Source of the DNA: Candidatus Sericytochromatia bacterium
Lineage (GTDB): Bacteria; Cyanobacteriota; Sericytochromatia; S15B-MN24; JAQBPE01
Assembly (NCBI GenBank): GCA_035285125.1
Contig: JAYKHR010000045.1
Coordinates: 192,001-256,000 of the forward strand
DNA length: 64,000 nucleotides
Reading direction: 5' to 3'
In this document: piece by piece, positions 1 to 9,257 of the stretch
Position numbering within the stretch: position 1 is the first letter of the stretch
Layout: every line of letters begins with the position of its first letter
Position numbers and translations under genes: made by a program
Notes under the pieces: model-generated
Databases searched by the model: none
What the model saw: only the letters and a program-made list of their open reading frames with translations
What the model was told of the DNA's origin: nothing

Positions 1-116
1 CCATTCGATCCGGGCGGGGTGGGGCAAGCGTGGCTCCAGTCAGCGGCAGGACCGCTATTGTACCCCCGCGAGGGGCTCCGTTTGCCTCCCGGGAGGTGAC
101 GGCGTAACATGGCGCC

Positions 117-1295
117 ATGCGAACGTGCACGCGCCCGGGGCGGCTCGCCGGCGGCTGTCTGCTCGGCCTGATGCTGCTCGGCGGCCTCCCCGCCGGAGCG
201 GCCGAGGACGTTTGGGGCGAGGCCCGCCAGGCCTACAGGGAGGGCCGGCATGAGGCCGCCCTCCCGCTGCTGGAGCGCCTCGCCGCCGAGCACCCGAAGG
301 ACCGGGAGGCCCACTACTACCTGGCGCTCGTGTGCTGGCGCCTCGGGCGCCACCAGGCCGCGGCGGTGGCCTGGCACCGCGTGCAGGAGCTCGACCCGGC
401 CGGGCCCTTCGGGCGGGATGCCGAGATGTGGCTGGCGACCTTCGGCGAGCTGGCGTTGCCGGGCCAGGGGCTGGCCCCGGCCGCCCTCGGTCCCTCGCCC
501 GCAGCGTCGGGCCCGCCGGCGGCCTCAGCTGCGCCGGCAGCCTCGCATGGCGCGCTGTCGGCCTCGCCGGTCACCTCCGGGCAGGCTGCCCTGCCCCCGC
601 CGGCCACCTCCCCGCCGGCGGTCCTGCCGTTGCCCTCACCGTCTACCTCTGCACCGGCGGTGCAACCATCGCCGGCATCGGCTGTCCTGGCTTCGCCTTC
701 GGCTGCCCGGCCGACGCCTGTGCCTGCCCTGCCGACGCCGGCCCGGGCCACCGCCACCCCGCCCCCCCGCACCCCGTGGCTCGCGGCGGAGGCGCCCGGC
801 GCCGGCCCGCGGGCGCGCTCCCGCAACGCCCGCCCGGGCTGGTTCAAGGCCCTCGACGGCACCTTCGAGTTCGTGCCGCCGGCGGGTTTCGTGCTGCTCG
901 ACGAGGGCGATGAGCGGGGCGAGCGCCGGGCGTTGTTCGGCCCCGGCAGTGCGCTGGCGGCCCCAGGTGGGACGGAGCAGCCGCCGACCCTGCTGCTTGT
1001 CTGGCGGGACGTCCCCGACCTCGCGCGCTTCAAGCCCGACCAGCGGGTGGCGCGGGCCCGCCAGCTGCTGCTGGCCGAGGCGGTGACGTACGGTCCTGGC
1101 ATCAAGCTGGAGGGGCGCTTCGGGGTGCAGGCCGCCCACGTCGCCCAGCGCCAGGGCAGCTGGGCCGCCGACACCTGGCTCTTCTTTCAGGACGACCGGC
1201 TCTATGCCATCACCTTCGGGGGCGAGGCCCGGCTGCTGCCGCCTCACCAGGCCGCGATTGCACGGAGCCTGGGGACGCTCGTCTTCAACCCGTGA
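117..1295 (+). CDS. Exported TPR-repeat protein with long Pro/Ala linker and C-terminal PsbP/DcrB-like domain
   Basis: Signal peptide (LLGLMLLGGLPAGA); TPR motifs (AHYYLALVCWRLG..AAAVAWHRVQELDP); Pro/Ala-rich linker; C-terminal FEFVPPAGF...LYAITF...IARSL alpha/beta domain. Confidence 0.7.
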   Translation: MRTCTRPGRLAGGCLLGLMLLGGLPAGAAEDVWGEARQAYREGRHEAALPLLERLAAEHPKDREAHYYLALVCWRLGRHQAAAVAWHRVQELDPAGPFGRDAEMWLATFGELALPGQGLAPAALGPSPAASGPPAASAAPAASHGALSASPVTSGQAALPPPATSPPAVLPLPSPSTSAPAVQPSPASAVLASPSAARPTPVPALPTPARATATPPPRTPWLAAEAPGAGPRARSRNARPGWFKALDGTFEFVPPAGFVLLDEGDERGERRALFGPGSALAAPGGTEQPPTLLLVWRDVPDLARFKPDQRVARARQLLLAEAVTYGPGIKLEGRFGVQAAHVAQRQGSWAADTWLFFQDDRLYAITFGGEARLLPPHQAAIARSLGTLVFNP

Positions 1296-1607
1296 GCCGG
1301 CGGGCTTCAGCGGGCTCGGCATGGGGCCCGGGGCGCAGGCAACCCGGGAGGGCCAGGGGGCGCTGCGCGGGCTGGGCCGGCCGCTCGACGGCGTTGGGTC
1401 GCAGGGGGGTCAAGGAGGCGGGGCCGGGACGACGGGGGGTGGGCATGGAGACCATGGTGCCCCGCGGCGAGCCCCGGGCGCGAGGACCCTCGACACACCC
1501 CCGGCGTGATCTGCCGCACGGGCGGGTATGAGGAGAAAAGCGGCCGGGCCGCTGCGCCCGGTGAGCCCGGGCGGCCCTGACGAGCGGCGGGTGAGCCCGC
1601 AGGTGCG

Positions 1608-2642
1608 TTGAGCGAGGATCGAGCCCAGCGACAGGGGGATCAGCTCCAGCTGAACACCACGAAGCCCCTCCCGGGCACCGGTCGGCTCCCGCAGCCCCCG
1701 GCCTCGGGCCCCCTCGCGCGGCCGGGCACGGCCCCGCTGGTCGACGAGGCGGTCTTCAAGGCGTCACTGGAGACCACGGTGGCACGGGTCTCCAAGCACG
1801 TCCAGGCGCTCGAGCAACGGATGGAGCTGCTCGTCCATTCCCTGCAGGCTGTCCAGATGCCGATCCCGGGCGTCGAGGCGTGGACCCACAAGCACGCCCT
1901 CTCGCCGCAGGGCAAGAAGATCATCGCGTACCTCGAGAAGATCGCCGTGATGAAGCCGGACCTGGCGCGCCAGATGCAGGTGGCCGTCTTCCGCTTCCAC
2001 GACGCGGCCCAGGCCGTTACGGGTGCCCGGCGGGCGATGCGCGAGGGGCGGGCGGGCCCGCAGACGCTCGAGGAGGTGAAGCGCAAGTTCTACCCCCTCA
2101 CCATCTTGCACCTCGAGTTCCGCCACGACCACCTGCTCGGCCAGATGTTCCCGCCGCCCGAGGAGCCTCGCCAGCGCGCCCCGGGCACGGGCGCGCTGCA
2201 GGCCCGCGGCACGGGCGTGCTGAACCCGCAGGACAGCGCCACGCGGTACGCGGCCATGCGCCAGGCCACCTGGCAGCGCGGGGAGGCCGTCATCCAGCAC
2301 CTCGCGCCCGGCATGGCGGAGGTGCGGCGCCTGCTCGAGTTGCAACGGCCCGTCGTCGGGACGGGGTTGCTCGACATCTTCAACCCGCAGTCCAAGCGCG
2401 CCCGCCTGCTCGCCGCCCGCCTCAAGGACGATCCCCGCGCCACCCAGCACGCCGAGACGGCCCTGCGCATCTTCGGCGAGCTCAAGGAGGCCGTGCTGGA
2501 GGTCAAGAAGGGCGCCAAGCCCGAGCCGCTCGCCGAGCAGCTGGAGTACCTGGCGACGATGCTCGGCGTCTGGCACCAGCACCCCGTGCTCAAGGACTTC
2601 TTCCCGGCTCTCAACCGCCAGCTCTTCTTTCCACCGCGCTGA
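1608..2642 (+). CDS. Hypothetical protein with two similar helical domains and repeated GTxxL motifs
   Basis: 344-aa ORF with typical GC3 bias; TTG start uncertain. Confidence 0.75.
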   Translation: MSEDRAQRQGDQLQLNTTKPLPGTGRLPQPPASGPLARPGTAPLVDEAVFKASLETTVARVSKHVQALEQRMELLVHSLQAVQMPIPGVEAWTHKHALSPQGKKIIAYLEKIAVMKPDLARQMQVAVFRFHDAAQAVTGARRAMREGRAGPQTLEEVKRKFYPLTILHLEFRHDHLLGQMFPPPEEPRQRAPGTGALQARGTGVLNPQDSATRYAAMRQATWQRGEAVIQHLAPGMAEVRRLLELQRPVVGTGLLDIFNPQSKRARLLAARLKDDPRATQHAETALRIFGELKEAVLEVKKGAKPEPLAEQLEYLATMLGVWHQHPVLKDFFPALNRQLFFPPR

Positions 2643-2652
2643 GGGGGCCGGG

Positions 2653-2681
2653 TTGCCCGTCGGGGGGCAAGGGGCTATGAT
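2653..2681 (+). promoter_or_regulatory. Sigma70-type promoter of tRNA-Leu
   Basis: TTGCCC-17 bp-TATGAT, 11 nt upstream of the tRNA. Confidence 0.7.
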
Positions 2682-2692
2682 GAAGCACCGCT

Positions 2693-2773
2693 GCCCGAGT
2701 GGCGGAATGGCAGACGCAGTCGACTCAAAATCGACCGCCGCAAGGCGTGCCGGTTCGACCCCGGCCTCGGGCA
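2693..2773 (+). tRNA. tRNA-Leu (CAA)
   Basis: GCCCGAG/CTCGGGC acceptor stem, GGCGGAATGGCAGACGC D arm, GTCGA-CTCAAAA-TCGAC anticodon arm, long variable arm, GGTTCGA T loop; CCA not fully encoded (CCT). Confidence 0.97.
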
Positions 2774-2778
2774 CCTTG

Positions 2779-2813
2779 GCTCCTCACCTGGATTTCCGGG
2801 TGGGGGGCTTTTT
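2779..2813 (+). terminator. Rho-independent terminator after tRNA-Leu
   Basis: GCTCCTCACCTGG/CCGGGTGGGGGGC stem (with G-U pairs) followed by TTTTT. Confidence 0.75.
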
Positions 2814-2895
2814 GGTGGCGTCGGGGGTGGAGCGGGTTACGCCCCGCCGGGGCTTGCCGCGCGTCGGGGCCTCGGGCTGGTGGCGGCCGCCCCCC

Positions 2896-3459
2896 TCAGA
2901 ACACCACCCCGAGTTCCCCCTCCGCGCACCCGTGGCAGACCACCTCGTCTCCCACCGTGAGGCAGCGCCCCGGCCCGAAGCCCTCGCCGCAGCGGCTGCA
3001 GACCACGTGGCGGGCGCGCAGCGCCTCGAAGCCCTCCGCCAGCAGCGTGCGCAGGGCCGACCCGCGCAGCTTGGCGAAGGGCTCCCGGCGCCACAGGCTC
3101 GCGACGAGGGCGGGCCCGCCGTAGCCCGTGGTCCACGCGATCGCCGGCAACCGGACCTCCAGCGCCTCCTCCGTCACCACGAGCGAGAGGAAGGCCAGCT
3201 CCTCACCGCCCCAGTCGAGCCCCACGGGGACGTCGGCCTGGAAGACGTCCCGCGTCCGCCAGCGCGGGAGCCTCGTCCAGAACGCCGGGTCGAAGGGCCG
3301 GCGCCCGTCGACGGCGGCCTCGCCCGTGCGCGCGAGCGCCACCTCGCCGCAGGCCATCAGGGCTTCGCGGGCCCGCTGCTCGAGCCCCGTCAGGGCCTCG
3401 GCGGGGAACTGGCTGTGGGGGTCGAGCAGCTGCTTCCAGGCGTGGTCGTCGTCGGTCAT
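2896..3459 (-). CDS. Hypothetical protein with C-terminal Zn finger
   Basis: Start taken at MTDDDH; C-terminal CSRC..C..CHGC. Confidence 0.65.
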   Translation of the reverse strand: MTDDDHAWKQLLDPHSQFPAEALTGLEQRAREALMACGEVALARTGEAAVDGRRPFDPAFWTRLPRWRTRDVFQADVPVGLDWGGEELAFLSLVVTEEALEVRLPAIAWTTGYGGPALVASLWRREPFAKLRGSALRTLLAEGFEALRARHVVCSRCGEGFGPGRCLTVGDEVVCHGCAEGELGVVF

Positions 3460-3610
3460 GGGGGTGTCATACCCGGGGGGCAGCGTTGCCCAGTCGGGGA
3501 GAGACCTGTACGCTGAATGGCCTGCAGCCACCGGTTCGGGGCTGTCAGGGAGATGCCGGCGCATCTTGCGCCTCAACGACCCTGACCGAAGCCTGGACAC
3601 CTTTCCTTCC

Positions 3611-4978
3611 ATGTCTCTCGTTCAGTTCGCCTCCCTCTGGAACCTCACGGCCGTCGGCATCGTGCTGGGGCTCTCCTTGCTCTTGCGGCGGCGCATCCCG
3701 GCGGCTCCGCACTTCGAGACCTGGTGCCGCTCCTACGCCTGCGTCTTTGCCAGCATCGCTTGTGAGCTGCTGGCCTCCCTGGTGGGGAGGTCCTGGCTGC
3801 TCAACGCCGCGGAGGTGGCGATCGTGGGCGTGAACATCACCCTGCTGATGCAGATGGTCTCGCAGCTGCCGTTGCCCGTCGTCGTCTCGCGCGCCGTGCT
3901 GGGCCTGCCGGGCGTGGCCGTGCTGGGGAGCCTGGGCGCGATGGCCCTCGGACAGCCCTTCCCCGTGGCCGCGGCGCCCATGATGCTGGGGTTGAGCGCC
4001 TCGGCCGTCTGGGTGGGGTGCACCCTGACGCGCCAGCCTCGGCACCTCGGCCAGGGGAGCCTGCGCTGGGTCGGCTGGCCGCTCATCGCGGCGGGGCTCC
4101 TCCCCCTCGCCTTTCCCGTCATCGGGGACACGGGGGGCGCCTGGCTGGGGTACTGGGCGGGCGGCGTGCTGCACCTCGTCGTGGGCATCGGCATGGGCTT
4201 GGCCACGCTGGAGCGGTTCGAGGCCGAGCTGCAGGCCACCACCGAGGAGCTTCGTGCGCAGCAAGCCAAGCTGCGGGAGCTCGACCGGCTGAAGTCGGCC
4301 TTCGTGGGCAGCGTCAGCCACGAGCTTCGCACCCCGCAGGCCGCGATCAAGGCCGCTGCCTGGCTCGGCCTGCAAGACGCGCAGGCTGGCAAGCAGGTGC
4401 TGGGCGAGACGATCGTGGCCCAGACCGACGTGCTGGCGCGCCTCGTCGGCGACCTGCTGATCTACTCCCGCATCGAGTCGGGCGAGATGACCCACGACCG
4501 CGACCCGGTGGACGTCCGCCAGCTGGCCGAGGAGGTGCTCGACGGCCTCGAGCCTCTCTACCAGCAGAAGGGCCTCGCGCTGGTGCGCAGGCTGCCCGAA
4601 GGCCCCCTGCCCGCGCTGCTCGACGCGCCGCAGATCGCGCAGGTGCTGCGCAACCTGCTGGTGAACGCGCACAGCTTCACGCCGGTGGGGGGGCGCGTGG
4701 AGGCCCGGCTGGACGAGGTGGAGGACCATGTCCGGCTGGTCGTGGCGGACACCGGCGTCGGCATCCCCCCGGTCCACCACGCCGCCATCTTCGAGCGCTT
4801 CCATCAGGTGGACGGCACCACCAGCCGCCGCGTTGGCGGCACGGGCCTGGGGCTCGCCATCTGCCAGGCGAGGCGGCACCATCGGGGTCGAGAGCGCCGT
4901 CGGGGCGGGCAGCACCTTCACCGTGCTGCTCCCCTTGGAGCCGGCTGCCCTGCCCCACCCCCGCTCGCGCCCGCCTGA
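3611..4978 (+). pseudogene. Membrane sensor histidine kinase, frameshifted in the HATPase_c C-terminus
   Basis: About 7 TM segments; H-box SHELRTP, N-box NLLVNA, G1 DTGVGI, G2 GGTGLGLAIC; the expected tail GGTIGVESAVGAGSTFTVLLP lies in another frame after ~4871. Confidence 0.75.
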
Positions 4979-5005
4979 GCGGGGGCGAGTGGCAGCTGCG
5001 CCCCG

Positions 5006-5422
5006 TCAGGCCCCCCGCCCGACGCCCAACTCTTCCACCAACCCGGCCACCCGCGCCCGGATCGCGTCGCGGATGGCGCGGACCTGCTCGATGCCTTGCC
5101 CCTTGGGGTCGTCGAGGCCCCAGTCCTCCAGCGGGCCGAGGACGGCCGGGCAGGCCAGGCTGACGCCACAGCCCATCGAGATGGCGCGATCGCCGGGCGC
5201 GAGGGCCTCTACCTCGGCCAGCTTCGGGTGGTGGCCCTCCCCGACGAGGTCGATGCCGAGCTCCCGCATCACCGCCAGCACCGTGGGGTTCATCTCCGTG
5301 GCCGGCTCCGTGCCGCCAGAAAGGGCGCGGGCGCGGGCAGGGTCCGCGAGCCGGTTGAAGAAGGCCTCCGCCATCTGGGAGCGGCCCGTGTTGTGGACGC
5401 AGGCGAACAGGACGTGGCGCAT
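5006..5422 (-). CDS. arsC: Arsenate reductase, LMW-PTP family
   Basis: CVHNTGRSQMAE P-loop; MGCGVSLACP; WGLDDPKG. Confidence 0.9.
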   Translation of the reverse strand: MRHVLFACVHNTGRSQMAEAFFNRLADPARARALSGGTEPATEMNPTVLAVMRELGIDLVGEGHHPKLAEVEALAPGDRAISMGCGVSLACPAVLGPLEDWGLDDPKGQGIEQVRAIRDAIRARVAGLVEELGVGRGA

Positions 5423-5447
5423 GGGTTCCTCGTGGCGGGGTTGACGT

Positions 5448-5481
5448 ATCGACTTTTTTCAATAGATTGAAGTTGGTCGAT
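5448..5481. promoter_or_regulatory. ArsR operator between divergent arsC and arsR
   Basis: Inverted repeat ATCGAC-N4-TTCAAT-AG-ATTGAA-N4-GTCGAT, flanked by inward-facing TTGACG hexamers. Confidence 0.7.
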
Positions 5482-5521
5482 GATTTGCCCCGCGTCAACG
5501 GGGCGTGGAGCAGGAGGTCCG

Positions 5522-5857
5522 ATGTCCCAGGCTGGTGGCGTAACCCCTGAAGACTGTTGCAGCATCCCGCTTGCGGCGGCGTATCCGCCCGACCTGGCCG
5601 AGCGGGCCCGGCGGCACAGGGCGCTCGGCGATGTCGGCCGGCTGAAGGTGCTCTACCTCGTGCGCGACCGCGAGGTCTGCGTGTGCGACCTCGTGGCCGC
5701 CCTGGGCATCCCCCAGGGCACGCTCTCGCACCACCTCGCCGTGCTGCAGCGAGCGGGGCTCGTCCGGGCGCGGCGGCAAGGGCGCTGGAACTACTACCAG
5801 GCGACGGACCTGGCCCTCGGGTGGCTCCCGCCTGCCCTGGCGATGCGGAGGGCCTGA
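5522..5857 (+). CDS. arsR: ArsR/SmtB arsenic-responsive repressor
   Basis: EVCVCDL motif, N-terminal CC, LSHHLAVL HTH; AGGAGG RBS. Confidence 0.9.
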   Translation: MSQAGGVTPEDCCSIPLAAAYPPDLAERARRHRALGDVGRLKVLYLVRDREVCVCDLVAALGIPQGTLSHHLAVLQRAGLVRARRQGRWNYYQATDLALGWLPPALAMRRA

Positions 5858-5861
5858 GGCC

Positions 5862-6941
5862 ATGGGCGCCACCGGCCAATCCCCCTCCGTCGTCGCCTCG
5901 CTGTCGCTGCTCGACCGCTTCTTGCCCGTGTGGATCTTCGTGGCGATGGGCCTCGGCCTCGGCCTCGGGCAGGCCCTTCCGGGCCTCGGGGCCAGCCTCG
6001 ACGCCTGGAAGGTCGCGGGCGTCTCGGCCCCGATCGCGCTGGGGCTCCTCACGATGATGTATCCGGTGCTCGCGCGGGTGCGCTACGAGACGCTCGGCGC
6101 GATGCAGGCCAAGGGCCGGGTGTGGGCCCTGTCGCTCGCCTTCAACTGGGTGCTGGGCCCCGCGCTGATGTTCGCCCTCGCCTGGGTGATGCTGCCAGAC
6201 CAGCCGGCCTACCGCACGGGGCTCGTGCTGGTGGGCCTCGCCCGCTGCATCGCGATGGTGCTGCTGTGGAACGACCTGGCCCGGGGCGACCGCGAGGTGG
6301 GGGCCGTGCTGGTGGCGCTCAACTCGCTGTTCCAGATCGCCATGTACGCCGTGCTTGGCTGGTTCTACCTCACGGCCCTGCCCACCTGGCTCGGGGGCAC
6401 GGCCACGGCCCTCGACGTCTCGATGGGGCAGATCGCGGGGTCGGTGGGGATCTTCCTGGGCATCCCGTTCGCCCTCGGTGCCCTCACGCGGGCCCTCGGC
6501 GTCCGGGCGCGGGGCCGCGCCTGGTACGACGGCGTCCTGATGCCGCGCCTCGCGCCGCTCGCCCTTGGCGGGCTGCTCTACACCATCGTCTTGATGTTCG
6601 CGATGCAGGGGGCCAAGCTCCTGCAGCTGCCGCTCGACGTCCTGCACATCGCCCTGCCGCTGCTGGCCTACTTCGCCGTGATGTTCACGCTGGCCTTCGC
6701 CGTGAGCAAGGCGGCGGGCCTCTCCTACGAGGACAGCGCGGCGCTGTCGTTCACGGCGGCCGGCAACAACTTCGAGCTGGCGATCGCCGTGGCCGTCGGG
6801 CTCTTCGGCATCGGCAGCGCCGAGGCCCTGGCCGCCGTCGTGGGCCCGCTCATCGAGGTGCCGGCGCTCGTGGCGCTGGTGTACGTGGCGCTGTGGCTTC
6901 GCGCACGCTGGGGCGCCGGGGCCGCGCCGGCCGCACGCTGA
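5862..6941 (+). CDS. acr3: Acr3 arsenite efflux permease
   Basis: LSLLDRFLPVWI, MMYPVL, GLARCIAMV, AAGNNFELAIAVA, GPLIEVP. Confidence 0.95.
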   Translation: MGATGQSPSVVASLSLLDRFLPVWIFVAMGLGLGLGQALPGLGASLDAWKVAGVSAPIALGLLTMMYPVLARVRYETLGAMQAKGRVWALSLAFNWVLGPALMFALAWVMLPDQPAYRTGLVLVGLARCIAMVLLWNDLARGDREVGAVLVALNSLFQIAMYAVLGWFYLTALPTWLGGTATALDVSMGQIAGSVGIFLGIPFALGALTRALGVRARGRAWYDGVLMPRLAPLALGGLLYTIVLMFAMQGAKLLQLPLDVLHIALPLLAYFAVMFTLAFAVSKAAGLSYEDSAALSFTAAGNNFELAIAVAVGLFGIGSAEALAAVVGPLIEVPALVALVYVALWLRARWGAGAAPAAR

Positions 6942-7132
6942 GGGCGGGCCCACCCCCGTGGGGCGCACCAGCAGCGCCCCACGGGCCTGCGTGGGGGAGG
7001 ACGCCCGTTCAGGACAAGTTCTTTTAGGGGGTTTAATCTATCCTTAAACAACTTGCCCCCCCTCGTTGTCCCTTCGTTGCATGTTCGGCGGACAAGCCCC
7101 CCGGCCAGACTTGCGCGCGAAAGGACTGCCTG

Positions 7133-8422
7133 ATGACCCGGCGTTGGCTCCTCGGTGTGACCCTCCTTGGCCTCGGCCTGCCCGGGTGCGGCCAGGCCCT
7201 GCCCCAGGCCCTGGCGGTGGGGGGCCCCGGGGCCCAGGCCCTTGGGGGCCTGGCCGCAGCGGGCCTGTTCGTGAAGCTCGAGGGTGAGGTCAGCCGGGCC
7301 GAGGCCACGCAGCTCTTCGCGGCCCATCACCTGCGGGATGCGACGGACGAGAAGCCGCTGCTCGCCAAGCTCGGCTGGCGCTGGGTGCGTCAGACGGTGC
7401 CCGGCACGGCCCTGGCCGCCGCGCGGGCCCGCCTGGCCGCGACCCCCGGCGTGGCCGACGCTGCCCTGAACGAGGTCGTCACCCTCCCCGAGGGCGAGGC
7501 CGCGCGGCCCTTCACGCCCCCGGCCTGGCATGTCGCGGGCCACAACGACCCGCTGCTCGGGCAGTCGTGGGCTTTCCGCAAGCTGAACCTGGAGGCCGCC
7601 CACGCCATCACGATGGCAAGCCCCCGCACCGTGGTCGCCATCCTCGACACGGGCGTGGACTGGGACCACCCGGACCTCGCCACGGCGGAGGGCGTCTCCC
7701 GGGTCGTCAAGGGTCGCGACACGCTGCGCAACACCGACAACCCGCGCGACGGAGGCGGCCACGGCACCCACGCGGCGGGCATCGCGGCGGCCACCGCCAA
7801 CAACGGCAGGGGCATGGTCGGCGTGGCCCCGCGCTGCCGCATCCTGGCCGAGAAGGTGGTCTCCGACCACGGCTATGGCGACATCGCCAGCGTCTCCGCC
7901 GGCATCGTGCATGCCACCGACCAGGGGGCCCACGTGATCAGCATGAGCCTCGGCACGCCCAACCCCCACCCCGTCGTCAAGGATGCCGTGCTTTATGCGC
8001 AGCGTGCAGACGCTATCCTCGTCGCGGCGATGGGCAACAGCGGCCACAACGACATCCTGTACCCGGCGGCCTTCCCCGGCGTCATCGCCGTGGGGGCCAC
8101 GCGCGACGATGACACGCGGGCGTCCTTCTCGTCCTTCGGCGACTGGATTTCCGTGGCTGCTCCCGGCCACAACATCCTTGCCACGGTGCCCACCTTCGCC
8201 AGCGAGTACCCGGTCCGCGACTATGGCTGGATGTCGGGCACGTCGATGGCCACGCCCCACGTGGCGGGCCTGGCCGCCCTCGTCAAGGACGCCCACCCGC
8301 AGTGGGACGCGGCGGCCGTGAAGCGGCGCATCGAGGAGACGGCCGTGCCCCTCGGGGGAAGCGCCTTCAACGCGTACTTCGGCCATGGCCGCATCGACCC
8401 GGCGAGGGCCGTGCGCCCCTGA
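7133..8422 (+). CDS. Subtilisin-like S8 serine protease, lipoprotein
   Basis: Lipobox GLPGC; catalytic triad ILDTG / GHGTH / SGTSMATP. Confidence 0.92.
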   Translation: MTRRWLLGVTLLGLGLPGCGQALPQALAVGGPGAQALGGLAAAGLFVKLEGEVSRAEATQLFAAHHLRDATDEKPLLAKLGWRWVRQTVPGTALAAARARLAATPGVADAALNEVVTLPEGEAARPFTPPAWHVAGHNDPLLGQSWAFRKLNLEAAHAITMASPRTVVAILDTGVDWDHPDLATAEGVSRVVKGRDTLRNTDNPRDGGGHGTHAAGIAAATANNGRGMVGVAPRCRILAEKVVSDHGYGDIASVSAGIVHATDQGAHVISMSLGTPNPHPVVKDAVLYAQRADAILVAAMGNSGHNDILYPAAFPGVIAVGATRDDDTRASFSSFGDWISVAAPGHNILATVPTFASEYPVRDYGWMSGTSMATPHVAGLAALVKDAHPQWDAAAVKRRIEETAVPLGGSAFNAYFGHGRIDPARAVRP

Positions 8423-8431
8423 GCCCTGCCC

Positions 8432-8797
8432 TCAGGCCTCGGGCGCAGGGCCGAGCCAGTCGACCTGCGACAGCCGCGCGGCCTCGCGGATGTCCTCCGG
8501 CGCAAAGCGGCTCGAGCGGATGAAGTCCAGGCCCTCCGCGATCCAGGTGGCGAGCGCGCGATCCGTCAGGCGGTAGAACACGTGCCGCCCCTCCTGGCGC
8601 TCCGCCACGAGCTTCTGGGCCCGCAGGATCGACAGCTGGCGGGACGTCTTGGCGTGGCTGATGCCGAGGATCGCCTGCAGGCTCGCCACGTCCAGCTCGC
8701 CGCGGCGCAGCTCCTCCACGATCTGGAGCCGTTCAGGGTGGGACAGCACCCCGAACAGCTCGCCGAGCTCCCTGGCTGCGATCTTCCGATGTGGCAA
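8432..8797 (-). CDS. ArsR-family transcriptional regulator without Cys
   Basis: LSHPERLQIV..ELDV..SRQLSILR..LV.ERQEGRHVFYRL; TTG start after GGAGG. Confidence 0.88.
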   Translation of the reverse strand: MPHRKIAARELGELFGVLSHPERLQIVEELRRGELDVASLQAILGISHAKTSRQLSILRAQKLVAERQEGRHVFYRLTDRALATWIAEGLDFIRSSRFAPEDIREAARLSQVDWLGPAPEA

Positions 8798-8811
8798 GAC
8801 GCCTACGCCTC

Positions 8812-8929
8812 CATAGATATATGTATGCGTGCTGCAGTTCTGATGTCAAGCCTGTTCCGGGTCTTCAGGTGCTTGACCGCAGGTGTTTTCAATGTTACTC
8901 TCCAGATATATAGATAAGCATATATATGG
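8812..8929. promoter_or_regulatory. Divergent promoter region with two AT-rich palindromic operators
   Basis: CATAGATATATGTATG (8812-8827); ATATATA-N8-TATATAT (8906-8927); + strand promoter TTGACC-17-TACTCT (8873-8901); TTGACA on - strand (8849-8844). Confidence 0.65.
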
Positions 8930-8937
8930 AGACGTAA

Positions 8938-9240
8938 ATGAAAGCGCCTTCGCTTGTCCAGTTCAGCCAGATGCTGCGCGTCCTTGCCCACCCGGTTCGC
9001 TTGCGGGTGGTGGAGTTGCTGCTCGATGGAGAGCGCGACGTTTCGGCGATCGGGCAGGCCCTGGGGCTCGAGGGGCCGGCCGTGAGCCAGCACCTCTCCC
9101 TGTTGCGGGCTCACCGGCTGGTCGACCAGCGGCGGGTGGGGCAGCGGGCCTTCTACAGGTTGAGCTCAGACGGCCTGGGCCGCTGGCTCATGGCAGGCAG
9201 CCGCCTCTCCACGGCGGAGCCGCTCGCGTTCGACGCCTGA
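8938..9240 (+). CDS. ArsR-family transcriptional regulator without Cys
   Basis: LAHPVRLRVV..ERDV..VSQHLSLLRAHRLV..RRVGQRAFYRL. Confidence 0.88.
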   Translation: MKAPSLVQFSQMLRVLAHPVRLRVVELLLDGERDVSAIGQALGLEGPAVSQHLSLLRAHRLVDQRRVGQRAFYRLSSDGLGRWLMAGSRLSTAEPLAFDA

Positions 9241-9257
9241 GAGAGGACGGTCCCCCC

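Noticed and set aside
1285..1455. Small - strand ORF (MPTPRRPGPASL..., about 53 aa) between the first two genes
   Set aside because: No RBS or recognisable motif; cannot be told apart from a chance GC-rich ORF
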